Source: Candidatus Micrarchaeaceae archaeon
GTDB taxonomy: Archaea; Micrarchaeota; Micrarchaeia; Micrarchaeales; Micrarchaeaceae
Assembly (NCBI GenBank): GCA_050013715.1
Contig: JBEKES010000011.1
Coordinates: 1-29,123, forward strand
Reading direction: 5' to 3'
DNA length: 29,123 bases
Below are positions 9,008 to 17,926 of the stretch, piece after piece. The notes beneath the pieces were generated by a model. The model made no database searches, had not been told where the DNA came from, and was given only the letters and a program-made list of their open reading frames with translations. A program made the translations under genes and the position numbers. Each line of letters starts with the position of its first letter. The first letter of the stretch is position 1.

Positions 9008-9808
9008 ATGAATACAAAGCTCATGCTGAAAGAAGTTGAAAAGGACACATCTGAAAAGCAGTTGACCGAAATGGCAGATGCCCATTGTCATCTAGACCTT
9101 CTTGATCCCAATGCGATAAAGGAATCTGTTCTCTTTGGAGTCAGGAGCATGATCACCAATGGAGTTGACCTGAAATCAAATTACAAGAGTTTGGAGCTTG
9201 CAGATAATAGAAACGTGTATCCGATGCTTGGCATAGACCCGCAGCATTCAGACATATCAGAGGCAGAATTGGAATTCAACATGCAAGTAATAAGGCAGAG
9301 CCACAGCAGAATAGTAGGAATTGGAGAAATAGGATTAGATTATGGTGCAGTTAAGGAAAAGGTAAGCGTGGAAAAGCAGAAATGGGTCTTCGAGCATATG
9401 CTTGACCTTGCAAAGCAATTGAAATTGCCGGTAAGCATACATTCAAGGGATGCACTCGAGGACGTAATGCACATCCTGGAAAAGAAGGACATAGAATTCG
9501 TGCACATGCACTTCTTTGAAGGCAATGTCCAGCAGGCAAAGGAATTAGAAAGAAAAGGTTATATGATATCTGTGCCTCCAGTCCAATCGGGCAAAAGAAG
9601 CAAAGTTATAAAGGAAATTGCAATAGATAATATAATGGCGGAGAGCGATGCGCCAGCAGTTGGAGCAACTCCGAAAGACGTGTACAAATCAATAGGAATG
9701 ATCTCCGAGATAAAGAAACTTGAATTCAAGAAAACCGCAGATTTATTAACTGCAAATACAAAAAGGTTTTTTAGGATACATACAAAGGGAGCGTTCATGC
9801 GCTTTTAA
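9008..9808 (+). CDS. tatD: TatD-family deoxyribonuclease
   Basis: DAHCHLD, GIGEIGLD, IHSR, HMHFF and ESD metal-binding motifs. Confidence 0.92.
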   Translation: MNTKLMLKEVEKDTSEKQLTEMADAHCHLDLLDPNAIKESVLFGVRSMITNGVDLKSNYKSLELADNRNVYPMLGIDPQHSDISEAELEFNMQVIRQSHSRIVGIGEIGLDYGAVKEKVSVEKQKWVFEHMLDLAKQLKLPVSIHSRDALEDVMHILEKKDIEFVHMHFFEGNVQQAKELERKGYMISVPPVQSGKRSKVIKEIAIDNIMAESDAPAVGATPKDVYKSIGMISEIKKLEFKKTADLLTANTKRFFRIHTKGAFMRF

Positions 9809-9811
9809 AAT

Positions 9812-9923
9812 GGGCCTGTAGCTCAGCTTGGATAGAGCGGCACCCTTCTAAACTTCTTGGTAAGAAGTTTAATCAAGAAGGAAAGACAGGTGAAGGTCGA
9901 GGGTTCAAATCCCTCCAGGCCCG
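9812..9923 (+). tRNA. tRNA-Arg(TCT) with a 37-nt intron at canonical position 37/38 (9851-9887); CCA not encoded
   Basis: Acceptor GGGCCTG/CAGGCCC plus discriminator G, D-arm GCTC/GAGC, anticodon stem CACC/GGTG, anticodon TCT at 9847-9849, T-arm GAGGG-TTCAAAT-CCCTC. Spliced length 75 nt. Confidence 0.9.
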
Positions 9924-9945
9924 TATAAATTTCTTGGTAATTTAA

Positions 9946-10287
9946 ATGAAATTGGTTAAAAAATCTGAAAGAGTTGCAAAATCAAATTCTGATAAATGCA
10001 CAGTATATGAATATCTTTTGCGCGACAAAGATATTGATGGTGCAGTAGCTGAAATTACTGGTCGCGAACCAAAAACTGGATTTGAATGCAATAAAGAGTG
10101 CAAAGAACTATGCTATGTGATAAAAGGCAGCGGAATATTATTTGTAAAGAATGGATCTGTTAAGTTGTCAGAAGGAGATGTTGTGCTTATACAGCCAGGG
10201 GAGAAATATTACTGGAATGGGAAAATGACACTTTTCATATCTTGCAATCCAAAATGGAATGCCAATCAACACGTATTTGTAAAATAA
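9946..10287 (+). CDS. Cupin domain protein
   Basis: ELCYVIKGSG...LSEGDVVLIQPGEKY cupin motifs. Confidence 0.8.
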   Translation: MKLVKKSERVAKSNSDKCTVYEYLLRDKDIDGAVAEITGREPKTGFECNKECKELCYVIKGSGILFVKNGSVKLSEGDVVLIQPGEKYYWNGKMTLFISCNPKWNANQHVFVK

Positions 10288-10291
10288 ATAC

Positions 10292-11701
10292 TTATTTTGC
10301 CTGCAAAGAAATTGTTGCCATCTTTGCATATTGAGCATTGTTCCCATTGTATAGTGTTGTGTACTGAGCCCATAGGCTTCCCGATATTTCGATACCGGAA
10401 TGCAATGGCAATGTCACATTAGTTATTACAAGATGAAGCATTATTGGACTGTTTGACTGAAGGCCGGTAGTTGCATATGTTGTATTTGCAGGATTAGACG
10501 TGAATGAAATTATCGGGAATCCTCCGTTTCCTTCGCTTGTTCCCTGGGGCACAAACACAAAGTTTGCGGTTCTCCAGTTGATGCTGGTATTTTGGGCTAT
10601 GGTCAATACCATTGTTCCGTTTGAAGCGATTCCCAGTTTGCCGCAGTAATAGCCGCGTTCGGCAATGCATGCGCTTGTGAAAGACAGATTATTTATTCCA
10701 TTGCCAACACCGAACAATCCATACTGCGATGAATTTATTATTTTTGCAGGGAGAGTTGTTATTGAACTTTGGATAACAGGCTTGCCAATGCCTGTCTCGT
10801 TGAGCATTAGTGTTGTGTAAACCTGCAATTGCTCCGTAAGATTGGATGAATTCAACTGGAATGCGAAATTATTATGCGCTGAAATGTTCAGTGGCAATAG
10901 GTACTGGTTTGATATGCACGTATTGAACTGGCCGTTTGTGCTGATTTGGCTTAATGTTGATACCAGCGAATTTGCAAGCACGGCATACCCAGCTATGTAC
11001 GTTGCATTTGTGCTGGTGCTCGATGCCATGCGCAGAAGCTGGCTTTGGTTTAGATTGATATTTCCATTTATGGTTCCATTGACAAGAGTGCATGACTGAT
11101 TCTCGTAGGTGCTTTCCTTTATCAGTTTTACAGATGAGGTTATCGTATTAGCAAATGTATAGTTCAACGGAAATGGGACATAATCAAGCGCAGCAAATGC
11201 AACAGTATATGAATTGCCTTCCGTGCATGCTGAATGCAGTGGAGTTGACACGCAGCTGTACTTGAAATTTCCTATGTTTATAAATGTTAGATTATTGTCT
11301 ATCTGGCTGTTGTTGCCCTGCATTTCTATTTCTATTTTGTAATCAGAACCAAGCTTCATGTAATGAACTTTCAAAGGTATTTTGATTTTCGTTGCACCTG
11401 TTGGTCCGAATTCATTGATATTAAAGGATCCGGAATAGCTTATGTTAGCCTCGTTTGTGGAGTTTGCAAATTCAGTCATTGAATTTGCCAGTGCGGTAAT
11501 TCCTATGGGCCTATTGAGCACGAATAATTGCTCTATTGCGCTTCTCTGATGGGTTAGGATATAATATCCTCCAATTATTGCTATTACCACAAGAACAGTA
11601 AGAAACATGGTAAGTATTACTGATGAGTGGCTTACTTCAACTGGTGCAGGAGCAGCTTCTTCTGTTGGATAATTAGACTTGTCTTCTGCTTCATCTATCA
11701 T
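10292..11701 (-). CDS. Membrane-anchored surface glycoprotein with C-terminal pilin-like domain
   Basis: ATG at 11701 lies 5 nt after GGTG. One TM helix, many sequons. The C-terminal ~125 aa are homologous to the C-terminus of 15472..16146. Confidence 0.7.
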   Translation of the reverse strand: MIDEAEDKSNYPTEEAAPAPVEVSHSSVILTMFLTVLVVIAIIGGYYILTHQRSAIEQLFVLNRPIGITALANSMTEFANSTNEANISYSGSFNINEFGPTGATKIKIPLKVHYMKLGSDYKIEIEMQGNNSQIDNNLTFINIGNFKYSCVSTPLHSACTEGNSYTVAFAALDYVPFPLNYTFANTITSSVKLIKESTYENQSCTLVNGTINGNINLNQSQLLRMASSTSTNATYIAGYAVLANSLVSTLSQISTNGQFNTCISNQYLLPLNISAHNNFAFQLNSSNLTEQLQVYTTLMLNETGIGKPVIQSSITTLPAKIINSSQYGLFGVGNGINNLSFTSACIAERGYYCGKLGIASNGTMVLTIAQNTSINWRTANFVFVPQGTSEGNGGFPIISFTSNPANTTYATTGLQSNSPIMLHLVITNVTLPLHSGIEISGSLWAQYTTLYNGNNAQYAKMATISLQAK

Positions 11702-11774
11702 ATTTGCACCATAATTGCTTGTCAGCATTGCATTAAATTCTTTGCTGATAAGAATCTAGATTGCACTATTAGGA

Positions 11775-12143
11775 TTAGCCGAGCTCGTTGTATTTTTTAT
11801 TGGAGCCCTTTGCCTTTTCTATCGGATATTTTTTCCTGTTCTGCTCCATCTTCTTGTGGAACGCATTGCTTATGTCGATGTCATAGAGCTGCGCAATTCT
11901 CAATATATAATACAACGTGTCTGCCATCTCGTCGCTTATGTCCTGGCTTTTCTTTGGGTCTCTCAGCATTAGCTCCATTTCCTCCTTTGACTTGAAGATG
12001 AAGTGCTCCAAAAGCTCCGATGCTTCTACTGATGCACCTATGGCCAATTCTTTCGGATCGTGGTATTTTGTGTAATCCCTTTCGTCGTTGTACTGCTTTA
12101 TTATTTCCTTTAGTTGAGCAAGAGTTGTATCCTTATCTGACAT
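11775..12143 (-). CDS. MazG-like / DCTPP1-type nucleotide pyrophosphohydrolase
   Basis: ERDY..YHDPKEL, EASELLE, DEMAD, KMEQNRKKYP. Confidence 0.88.
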   Translation of the reverse strand: MSDKDTTLAQLKEIIKQYNDERDYTKYHDPKELAIGASVEASELLEHFIFKSKEEMELMLRDPKKSQDISDEMADTLYYILRIAQLYDIDISNAFHKKMEQNRKKYPIEKAKGSNKKYNELG

Positions 12144-12184
12144 CATATCACCATTGATACAGTAAACTTTGTAGGTTCACTTTC

Positions 12185-12634
12185 TTATGGGTTTTGCTCC
12201 GCGCTCTTTTCCTGCTGTTTTGAATGCATCGTTGATGCTCCCCCTCTCTTCCCCTGCTTTTCCGTCCTTGCAGATACAAACTGTATTGCAAGATCTTCTT
12301 CGCCTTCGCTTTCCTGCCAGGCTTTTATGTAAGTTGCTATGTTCTTGAAGGGTTTTGAATACCTGTCCGTCATAAGGTAAGAACTGTTCTCGTGTTTTAG
12401 CAATCCTACCTCAACGCCAAAATCGAGGTACCGCTTGGCAGTTGCTATGGGGATGTGCTTTGGAACGTTCTTGAGCCTTAATTCCTTTGCCTTTTTAACT
12501 TCCAGAATGAGCGTTGCAAATCTGTACGCTTCCGTCTCATTCTCAAAGAATATCTTTGCTACGTCTTTTACATTAACGGTTTTTAGTTTCTCTTTTAGAG
12601 GGGCATCTTCGTATTCCCAATATTTCATTGCCAT
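12185..12634 (-). CDS. Hypothetical protein, possible winged helix-turn-helix
   Basis: 149-aa ORF. IPIATAKRYLDFGVEVGLL...YLMT resembles a wHTH recognition helix and wing. Confidence 0.55.
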   Translation of the reverse strand: MAMKYWEYEDAPLKEKLKTVNVKDVAKIFFENETEAYRFATLILEVKKAKELRLKNVPKHIPIATAKRYLDFGVEVGLLKHENSSYLMTDRYSKPFKNIATYIKAWQESEGEEDLAIQFVSARTEKQGKRGGASTMHSKQQEKSAEQNP

Positions 12635-12670
12635 GGTCGTGACACCTGCATGGTATGCAATAGTATTGTA

Positions 12671-13777
12671 TCAATTGGATTTAATAAATGTTATTGTATC
12701 CCCGTGCTTTAGTATGTGTGTAATTCCTACTCTTTGTTTTCTGAATTTTGCGCTAGGACCAGTTACATAGGCGCATTTCAACTGATCAAGTATTTCCGTA
12801 TGAAGCTTAGATGCGGCTTCTCCCACAGTTGCGTTCTGCTTTATGATTAATGGCATCACCCTTTCGGATTCATCTTTAGATTTCAAATAAATTGTCATTA
12901 TTCCGAGGTTATTGTAGATTTCATCCTTTAGGTTCTCTATGTTCGTCTCATCAAGCGCACTTACAGGTATTACGCGTATTTTGTGCTTTTCCTGCAGGTC
13001 CTTTGCTATCTTTTCATAATCTTTTCTTAAGTCTATCTTGTTGAGAACAGCTATCGCCCTCATGTAGTAGCTTCTTCCACTTACATATGAAATCAAATCA
13101 TCTATGCTCAACTGCTCGCTTACTCTTATCTTTGCGTTGTGCATTCCAAAGCTCTGGAAAACCATTGCAAGCTCATTGTTAGAAAGCCCTGATTTGTTCA
13201 TTTCTATTGTAAGCCCATGATTTGTAGTTAATTCTTCTATTGAAATGTTGGGCCTTCTCTTGTTTATGTTGATGTTGAGGGCCTTCAATTCTCTCAATAG
13301 TATTTCAAGCTGCTCAGTGGTCTCTATGTCCACTACCAGTGCAATGAGCTCTGTAATTCTTGCAGCTGCAATAACCGATCTTCCTCCACCAACGCCCAAA
13401 TGTGCATTTTCTATAATTCCTGGCATGTCGAATATTTGTATATGTGCATCTTTGTAGAACATGGTGCCAGGTACTATGTTTGTAGTTGTAAATGCATATC
13501 TTGCGGTTTTAGATTTTGTGTTTGTAAGCGCATTTATGAGAGAGGACTTTCCTGCACTCGGAAATCCAAGCAATGCAACAGTTGCATCTCCTTGCTTCTT
13601 TACAAAAAATCCTTTGCCTTTAGAGCCTTTTCCTGATTCAACAATTTCTTTTTTTACTTCAGCAATCTTTTTTCGAAGTATTCCAAGATGTTTGTTTGTT
13701 GCTTTGTTGTATTTTGTTTTTGAATATTCCTTCTGCAAATCTTCCAATTTATGCTCAAGAACCTCATTATTCGCCAA
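12671..13777 (-). CDS. DRG-family (OBG superfamily) GTPase with TGS domain
   Basis: YNKATNKH, GFPSAGKSS, YAFTT, DMPG, NKID and a C-terminal TGS (GPSAKF..QRVG..H.L.HGD). TTG at 13777 lies 6 nt after GGTG. Confidence 0.93.
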   Translation of the reverse strand: MANNEVLEHKLEDLQKEYSKTKYNKATNKHLGILRKKIAEVKKEIVESGKGSKGKGFFVKKQGDATVALLGFPSAGKSSLINALTNTKSKTARYAFTTTNIVPGTMFYKDAHIQIFDMPGIIENAHLGVGGGRSVIAAARITELIALVVDIETTEQLEILLRELKALNININKRRPNISIEELTTNHGLTIEMNKSGLSNNELAMVFQSFGMHNAKIRVSEQLSIDDLISYVSGRSYYMRAIAVLNKIDLRKDYEKIAKDLQEKHKIRVIPVSALDETNIENLKDEIYNNLGIMTIYLKSKDESERVMPLIIKQNATVGEAASKLHTEILDQLKCAYVTGPSAKFRKQRVGITHILKHGDTITFIKSN

Positions 13778-13861
13778 AATCAACACCAAATTCCGAAATT
13801 TTCATATTATTTATAATATTTTCAGTAAAAGTATACTTAACCATTCATTATTTTTAATTAG

Positions 13862-13912
13862 TTTTAAATACTTTCGCATTGTTTCTTAAATTGCTTAAAA
13901 AGCATACAGTGA
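13862..13912 (+). promoter_or_regulatory. Putative TATA box (TTTTAAATA) and SD-like AGTGA for the micropeptide
   Basis: TATA-like element at 13862-13870. GTG at 13909-13911 is 6 nt before ATG 13918, the same spacing seen for other SD-led genes here. Confidence 0.45.
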
Positions 13913-13917
13913 AATAA

Positions 13918-13974
13918 ATGGCAACAAAAAAGAAAAAATCAACAAAAAAGAAGGCAACAAAGAAGAAGAGATAA
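13918..13974 (+). CDS. 18-aa Lys-rich micropeptide MATKKKKSTKKKATKKKR
   Basis: Hand-translated ATG..TAA. Three (A/S)TKKK units with mixed AAA/AAG codons, flanked by promoter/SD-like and terminator-like elements. Confidence 0.7.
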   Translation: MATKKKKSTKKKATKKKR

Positions 13975-13988
13975 ATAAATTAATAATT

Positions 13989-14037
13989 AGGAACGATTGA
14001 TATCGTTCCTGTTTTCTTTTATCTCTTTTATTTTTTT
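13989..14037 (+). terminator. Hairpin plus poly-T terminator-like element
   Basis: Perfect 9-bp stem AGGAACGAT-TGAT-ATCGTTCCT (13989-14010), followed by GTTTTCTTTT and further T tracts. Confidence 0.7.
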
Positions 14038-14082
14038 ACATTCGATTTTTAAACTTTAAATTTATATTTTACCTTGCTTTCG

Positions 14083-15378
14083 CTATGCAAATTTTGCAAA
14101 TCTTTTCTTGAAACCCCTATCGTTTTTCAGATTATCGAAAACCTTTTTCATCTTGTTGAATTCTGAAATCATTTGATGGACATCCTTTTCAGTTGTGCCG
14201 CTGCCATTTGCTATTCGCGCAATTCTTTTTGAATCGTGAAGCAGTTTTTCCCTTTTGCGCTCTTCCTTTGTCATCGATGCAATGATTACCTTGTATTTCT
14301 TAAGTTTCTCTTCTCCCTGCTCTACCAAATCTTTTGGAACGTCTGGAGCTCCCATCATTCCGAATACGCTTTTCAATGGACCCATGCTGCCCATCGCCTT
14401 CAATTGGGTATAGAATGTTTCGAAGTTTAGTTCCTCCGCTTCCATTTCATCCGGCTTTAGATTTGCTTCTTGAATTGCGGTTTGCACATGATCTATCAGC
14501 GATTTGATGTCAGGAATTCCAAGCAATCCGCCTATGAACTTGTTGGAGTCGAAAGATTCAAGATTATTGAGCTTTTCTCCTAGTCCTATGAACATTACTC
14601 TTGCGTTTGCTGCGCTTGAGGCACTCAATGCGCCTCCTCCTTTTCCTGAGCCGTCCATTTTAGTTAATATAACTCCGGATATCTTCACTGCCCTATCGAA
14701 TTCTCTTGCCTGCTTACCTGCCACTTGACCTATATCTGCACTTACCACCAATACTTTTTCATCTGGATTTAATTCCTTCGTAACTTCCTTCAATTCCTGG
14801 ATTAGCTGTTCGTCCAGTGCGTTTCTTCCGCTGGTGTCGCATATTATTACCTGCTTGTCCTTGAATTTCTCAATCCCTAATTTTATGATTTTTGCAGCGC
14901 TTTTCTCATGTTCCATTCCAAAGAATCCCACATTAGCTTGTTTTGCAAGTGTTTCAAGCTGAGTATATGCTGCTGGTCTTGTAACGTCGCAGCAAACTAC
15001 AGCGGAGCTTAGCCCCCTGTCTTGGTAGTATTTTGCCAGCTTCGCTGCTGTTGTTGTTTTGCCAGAGCCGTACAATCCCATGAGCAGAATTCTTTGCTTC
15101 TTCATTTCAGGTACATATGTAGGGCCTACGAGCTTCACTAGCTCTTCATATACTATATTGGTGATATAGTCCTTTGAGCTCAATCCTGCTGGTGGCTTGC
15201 TCTTCAACGCTTGTTCTTCAATTTCCTTGGTAAAGTTAAGTACCAGCTTTACTTCTACATCTGCGCTAAGCAGAGTCTTCTGAAGCTCCTTGTTGAATTC
15301 CCTTATGGTCTTGGCATCGATAATAGTTGCTTTTGTAAGCTTTGCTATTGCCTGCCTTAGACCTTCTCCCAAGTCCAT
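14083..15378 (-). CDS. srp54: Signal recognition particle protein SRP54
   Basis: N domain (LLSADV), GLYGSGKTTT, DVTRPAA, DTSGR, TKMDGSGKGGGALS, M domain (IIASMT..ER, RIARIANGSG). Confidence 0.97.
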   Translation of the reverse strand: MDLGEGLRQAIAKLTKATIIDAKTIREFNKELQKTLLSADVEVKLVLNFTKEIEEQALKSKPPAGLSSKDYITNIVYEELVKLVGPTYVPEMKKQRILLMGLYGSGKTTTAAKLAKYYQDRGLSSAVVCCDVTRPAAYTQLETLAKQANVGFFGMEHEKSAAKIIKLGIEKFKDKQVIICDTSGRNALDEQLIQELKEVTKELNPDEKVLVVSADIGQVAGKQAREFDRAVKISGVILTKMDGSGKGGGALSASSAANARVMFIGLGEKLNNLESFDSNKFIGGLLGIPDIKSLIDHVQTAIQEANLKPDEMEAEELNFETFYTQLKAMGSMGPLKSVFGMMGAPDVPKDLVEQGEEKLKKYKVIIASMTKEERKREKLLHDSKRIARIANGSGTTEKDVHQMISEFNKMKKVFDNLKNDRGFKKRFAKFA

Positions 15379-15471
15379 AGTATCAGTATTATTGCTTTGA
15401 TTTTAGGTTATTTATACATTTTTATTGATAAATAGATAGTAATTTAAGTATGGTTTGCAAATAATAAAATT

Positions 15472-16146
15472 GTGAAAAAACCGCAATCAAAAAATTTTTT
15501 AATATTGGCTTTGGTTTTAGGATTAGTAGTTACGATAATAACGTCTGGTTTAACTATTTCTATACCATATGCATTTTTTATAGTCGTAGTTGTAGGTTCT
15601 GTATATTCAGCTATCATAGTGAGTTTGATCAGTTCTGAAAAAGAAAAATTAGATAGAAGAATACTTAGAATAAGTGTTTGGAGCATAATAATTTTCTTTG
15701 TTTTATTTATAGTGACAATTGCTATTTTGCTGTTTGCACCTTCACCTCCCGAAACTCTTGGAACTGGATGCGTTGGACAATCTGGATATCTTTGCCAGAA
15801 TCCTATGTACTATGGCCAAACTGGTGGTATAACAGTAACAGTTGGACAGGATACAGGAAGTAATTGGACAGGTGCTGATTTTGTTTTTGTGCCACAAGGC
15901 ACACCAACAGGTGCAGGAGGATTACCCTCAATATCTTTCAATACGTATCCGGCAAATACTTCTTATTCAACAACAGGAATCAGAACAGGGCAACCGGTAA
16001 GTGTTTCATTACCAGTAAATGGTGTAACTCCCCCAGTTAAAGCAGGAACAGCAGTAACAGGGGTAGTTTGGGCAGAATATGAAATAATAGGAAGTTCAAC
16101 ACCATATTATGCCCAGATTGCAACAATAAATATTAAGGCTTCTTAA
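15472..16146 (+). CDS. Multi-TM membrane protein with C-terminal pilin-like domain
   Basis: About 3 N-terminal TM helices, then CVGQSGYLCQNP...FVFVPQGT...WAEY...YAQIATINIKAS, paralogous to the C-terminus of 10292..11701. Confidence 0.7.
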   Translation: MKKPQSKNFLILALVLGLVVTIITSGLTISIPYAFFIVVVVGSVYSAIIVSLISSEKEKLDRRILRISVWSIIIFFVLFIVTIAILLFAPSPPETLGTGCVGQSGYLCQNPMYYGQTGGITVTVGQDTGSNWTGADFVFVPQGTPTGAGGLPSISFNTYPANTSYSTTGIRTGQPVSVSLPVNGVTPPVKAGTAVTGVVWAEYEIIGSSTPYYAQIATINIKAS

Positions 16147-16192
16147 TGTTATATAACAATAATATAAGTGTAATAATTCTGTTGGTGTGAAT

Positions 16193-17326
16193 TTGAAGCT
16201 CATTATAGCGCAATCTAATCTTACCCTAAAAGGAGGAGCTGAACGGGTAGTTTTGAAGATAGCGCAGAAATACGGTGCCAAGATTTATGTAGCTGAATAC
16301 GACCAATCTAAAACATTTGAGGAATTCAAGAACCTTGATGTTGAAGTGGTTGGCAAGCAAGGCCTTCTTAAGGCACTGCCTTATGGAAGAGCGGTTCAGG
16401 GTCTCAATTATGGACTCTCATTTTACGGACTTAATCTGAAGAATGATTATGATGTTATAAATGCACACATGGCGCCAAGCCATTGGGTAAGAAATAAAAA
16501 CGAGCGAGTTCTTTGGTATTGTCATACTCCTTTGCGTGATGTATATGATTTATACCAATACAGGCTTTCATTGAAGAAGCTTCACCAGAAACCAGTGCAT
16601 ATAGTTGGAACAAAAGCAGTGAAGATGATAGACCAGAGTGTTACAAAGAACATTGAATTCATACTTGCAAATAGTTTCAATACACGTTCTAGAATTATAA
16701 AATATTACGGAAGAAAAGACGCAGAGGTTCTTGGAGGTGGAGTTGATTACGAGCTTTTCAAAAAGGGCTATGAGGAAAAGTATTTCTTGTATCCTTCAAG
16801 AATTTCACCTAACAAGCAACAAGAATTTGCAATAAGGGCATTCGACCTTTTCAAAAGACAAATCAAGGGATACAAATTGATAATAGTTGGTGCAGTGTCG
16901 CAAGACAAATTCTACTACAATTATTACAAAAACATAAATGCGCTTGCCAATGCAGTAGGAGATGTTGATATAATTACAAATGCAAATGAGAAAATGCTTA
17001 CTAAGCTGTATTCGAATTGCACTGCTGTCCTTTATCCTCCAATAAATGAGGATTACGGGCTTGTCCCACTTGAGGCAATGGCAAGCTCGAAGCCAGTAAT
17101 TGCGCTTAATGAAGGAGGACCAAGAGAAACAATAGAGCAAGAAAAAACAGGATTGCTAGTTAACAATATAGAGGAAATGGCAAACGCGATGAAGGAAATT
17201 GCAGAGAATCCATCATTAGGAAAAGAGATGGGCAAAAACGGGAGAGAAAGAATAGTAAAATACTATTCGTGGAAAAGGTTCTTCAACGAATTCGACAAGA
17301 AGGTCAAGCAGGTAAAGAAGATGTAA
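16193..17326 (+). CDS. Glycosyltransferase family 4 (GT-B, Alg2-like)
   Basis: GGAERV, YCHTP, NS..T, SRISPNK, EDYGLVPLEAMASSKPVIA...GGPRE. TTG at 16193 lies 5 nt after GGTG. Confidence 0.92.
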   Translation: MKLIIAQSNLTLKGGAERVVLKIAQKYGAKIYVAEYDQSKTFEEFKNLDVEVVGKQGLLKALPYGRAVQGLNYGLSFYGLNLKNDYDVINAHMAPSHWVRNKNERVLWYCHTPLRDVYDLYQYRLSLKKLHQKPVHIVGTKAVKMIDQSVTKNIEFILANSFNTRSRIIKYYGRKDAEVLGGGVDYELFKKGYEEKYFLYPSRISPNKQQEFAIRAFDLFKRQIKGYKLIIVGAVSQDKFYYNYYKNINALANAVGDVDIITNANEKMLTKLYSNCTAVLYPPINEDYGLVPLEAMASSKPVIALNEGGPRETIEQEKTGLLVNNIEEMANAMKEIAENPSLGKEMGKNGRERIVKYYSWKRFFNEFDKKVKQVKKM

Positions 17327-17328
17327 TT

Positions 17329-17898
17329 TTAGATTAAAATTGGGGTAAATCCAAGAATATCCGACTTTGATTTTATAAAATCGTTGATTGTTATTCCTTT
17401 TAGTGAAGCTTCTTTATGTGCAGATTCATAATAGTTAATCCCTACTGTTTTATCTTCTATTGATTGACAGCCTACTTCCCCAATAATTTTTTTATTGCTG
17501 CAATCATATGCTATTGATTGGACAGTTAAAGGAGTTCCCGTAAGATAATTATCTATAGTAGGATCGATATTCCTTTTAATTATAGAGAAAACATTTTTAA
17601 GTGGTACTAAATCAATAGATGTTTTAGAATTATGAATTTTCACATTTCCATATCTACTATTAGAAATCTCCCAGCCAGGTAAATTAGGTTCTCCTTTTTT
17701 AGATTCAACAATAAAATCATAATCTTTTGTGGATATTTCACTACCGTAAAATTCTGAGGTTATTCCTTTGTATACATAACCTCCGATAATCCATATATTA
17801 CCTTCTGAATTTGATTTTATAATATTGAAAACTTCACTAAATTGAGGATCCTTTTGCAGAAAATTCTCAAATGCATAAGTAAACTTACCCAAATCCAT
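17329..17898 (-). CDS. Stand-alone class II (poly(A) polymerase/CCA-type) nucleotidyltransferase head-domain protein
   Basis: WIIGGYV...KDYDF catalytic motif, IDLV third carboxylate, and TVQSIAYD resembling TINAMAYD. Confidence 0.6.
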   Translation of the reverse strand: MDLGKFTYAFENFLQKDPQFSEVFNIIKSNSEGNIWIIGGYVYKGITSEFYGSEISTKDYDFIVESKKGEPNLPGWEISNSRYGNVKIHNSKTSIDLVPLKNVFSIIKRNIDPTIDNYLTGTPLTVQSIAYDCSNKKIIGEVGCQSIEDKTVGINYYESAHKEASLKGITINDFIKSKSDILGFTPILI

Positions 17899-17926
17899 TA
17901 AATCATTTTAAAAAGATGATTTGCAA

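Noticed and set aside
9812..12143. Possible tRNA-integrated island
   Set aside because: No integrase and no duplicated tRNA 3' end (att site) was seen in the window.
13921..13971. (G/T)CAACAAA repeats as CRISPR or iteron-like repeats
   Set aside because: They are too short, have no spacers, and are explained by the repeated xTKKK codons.
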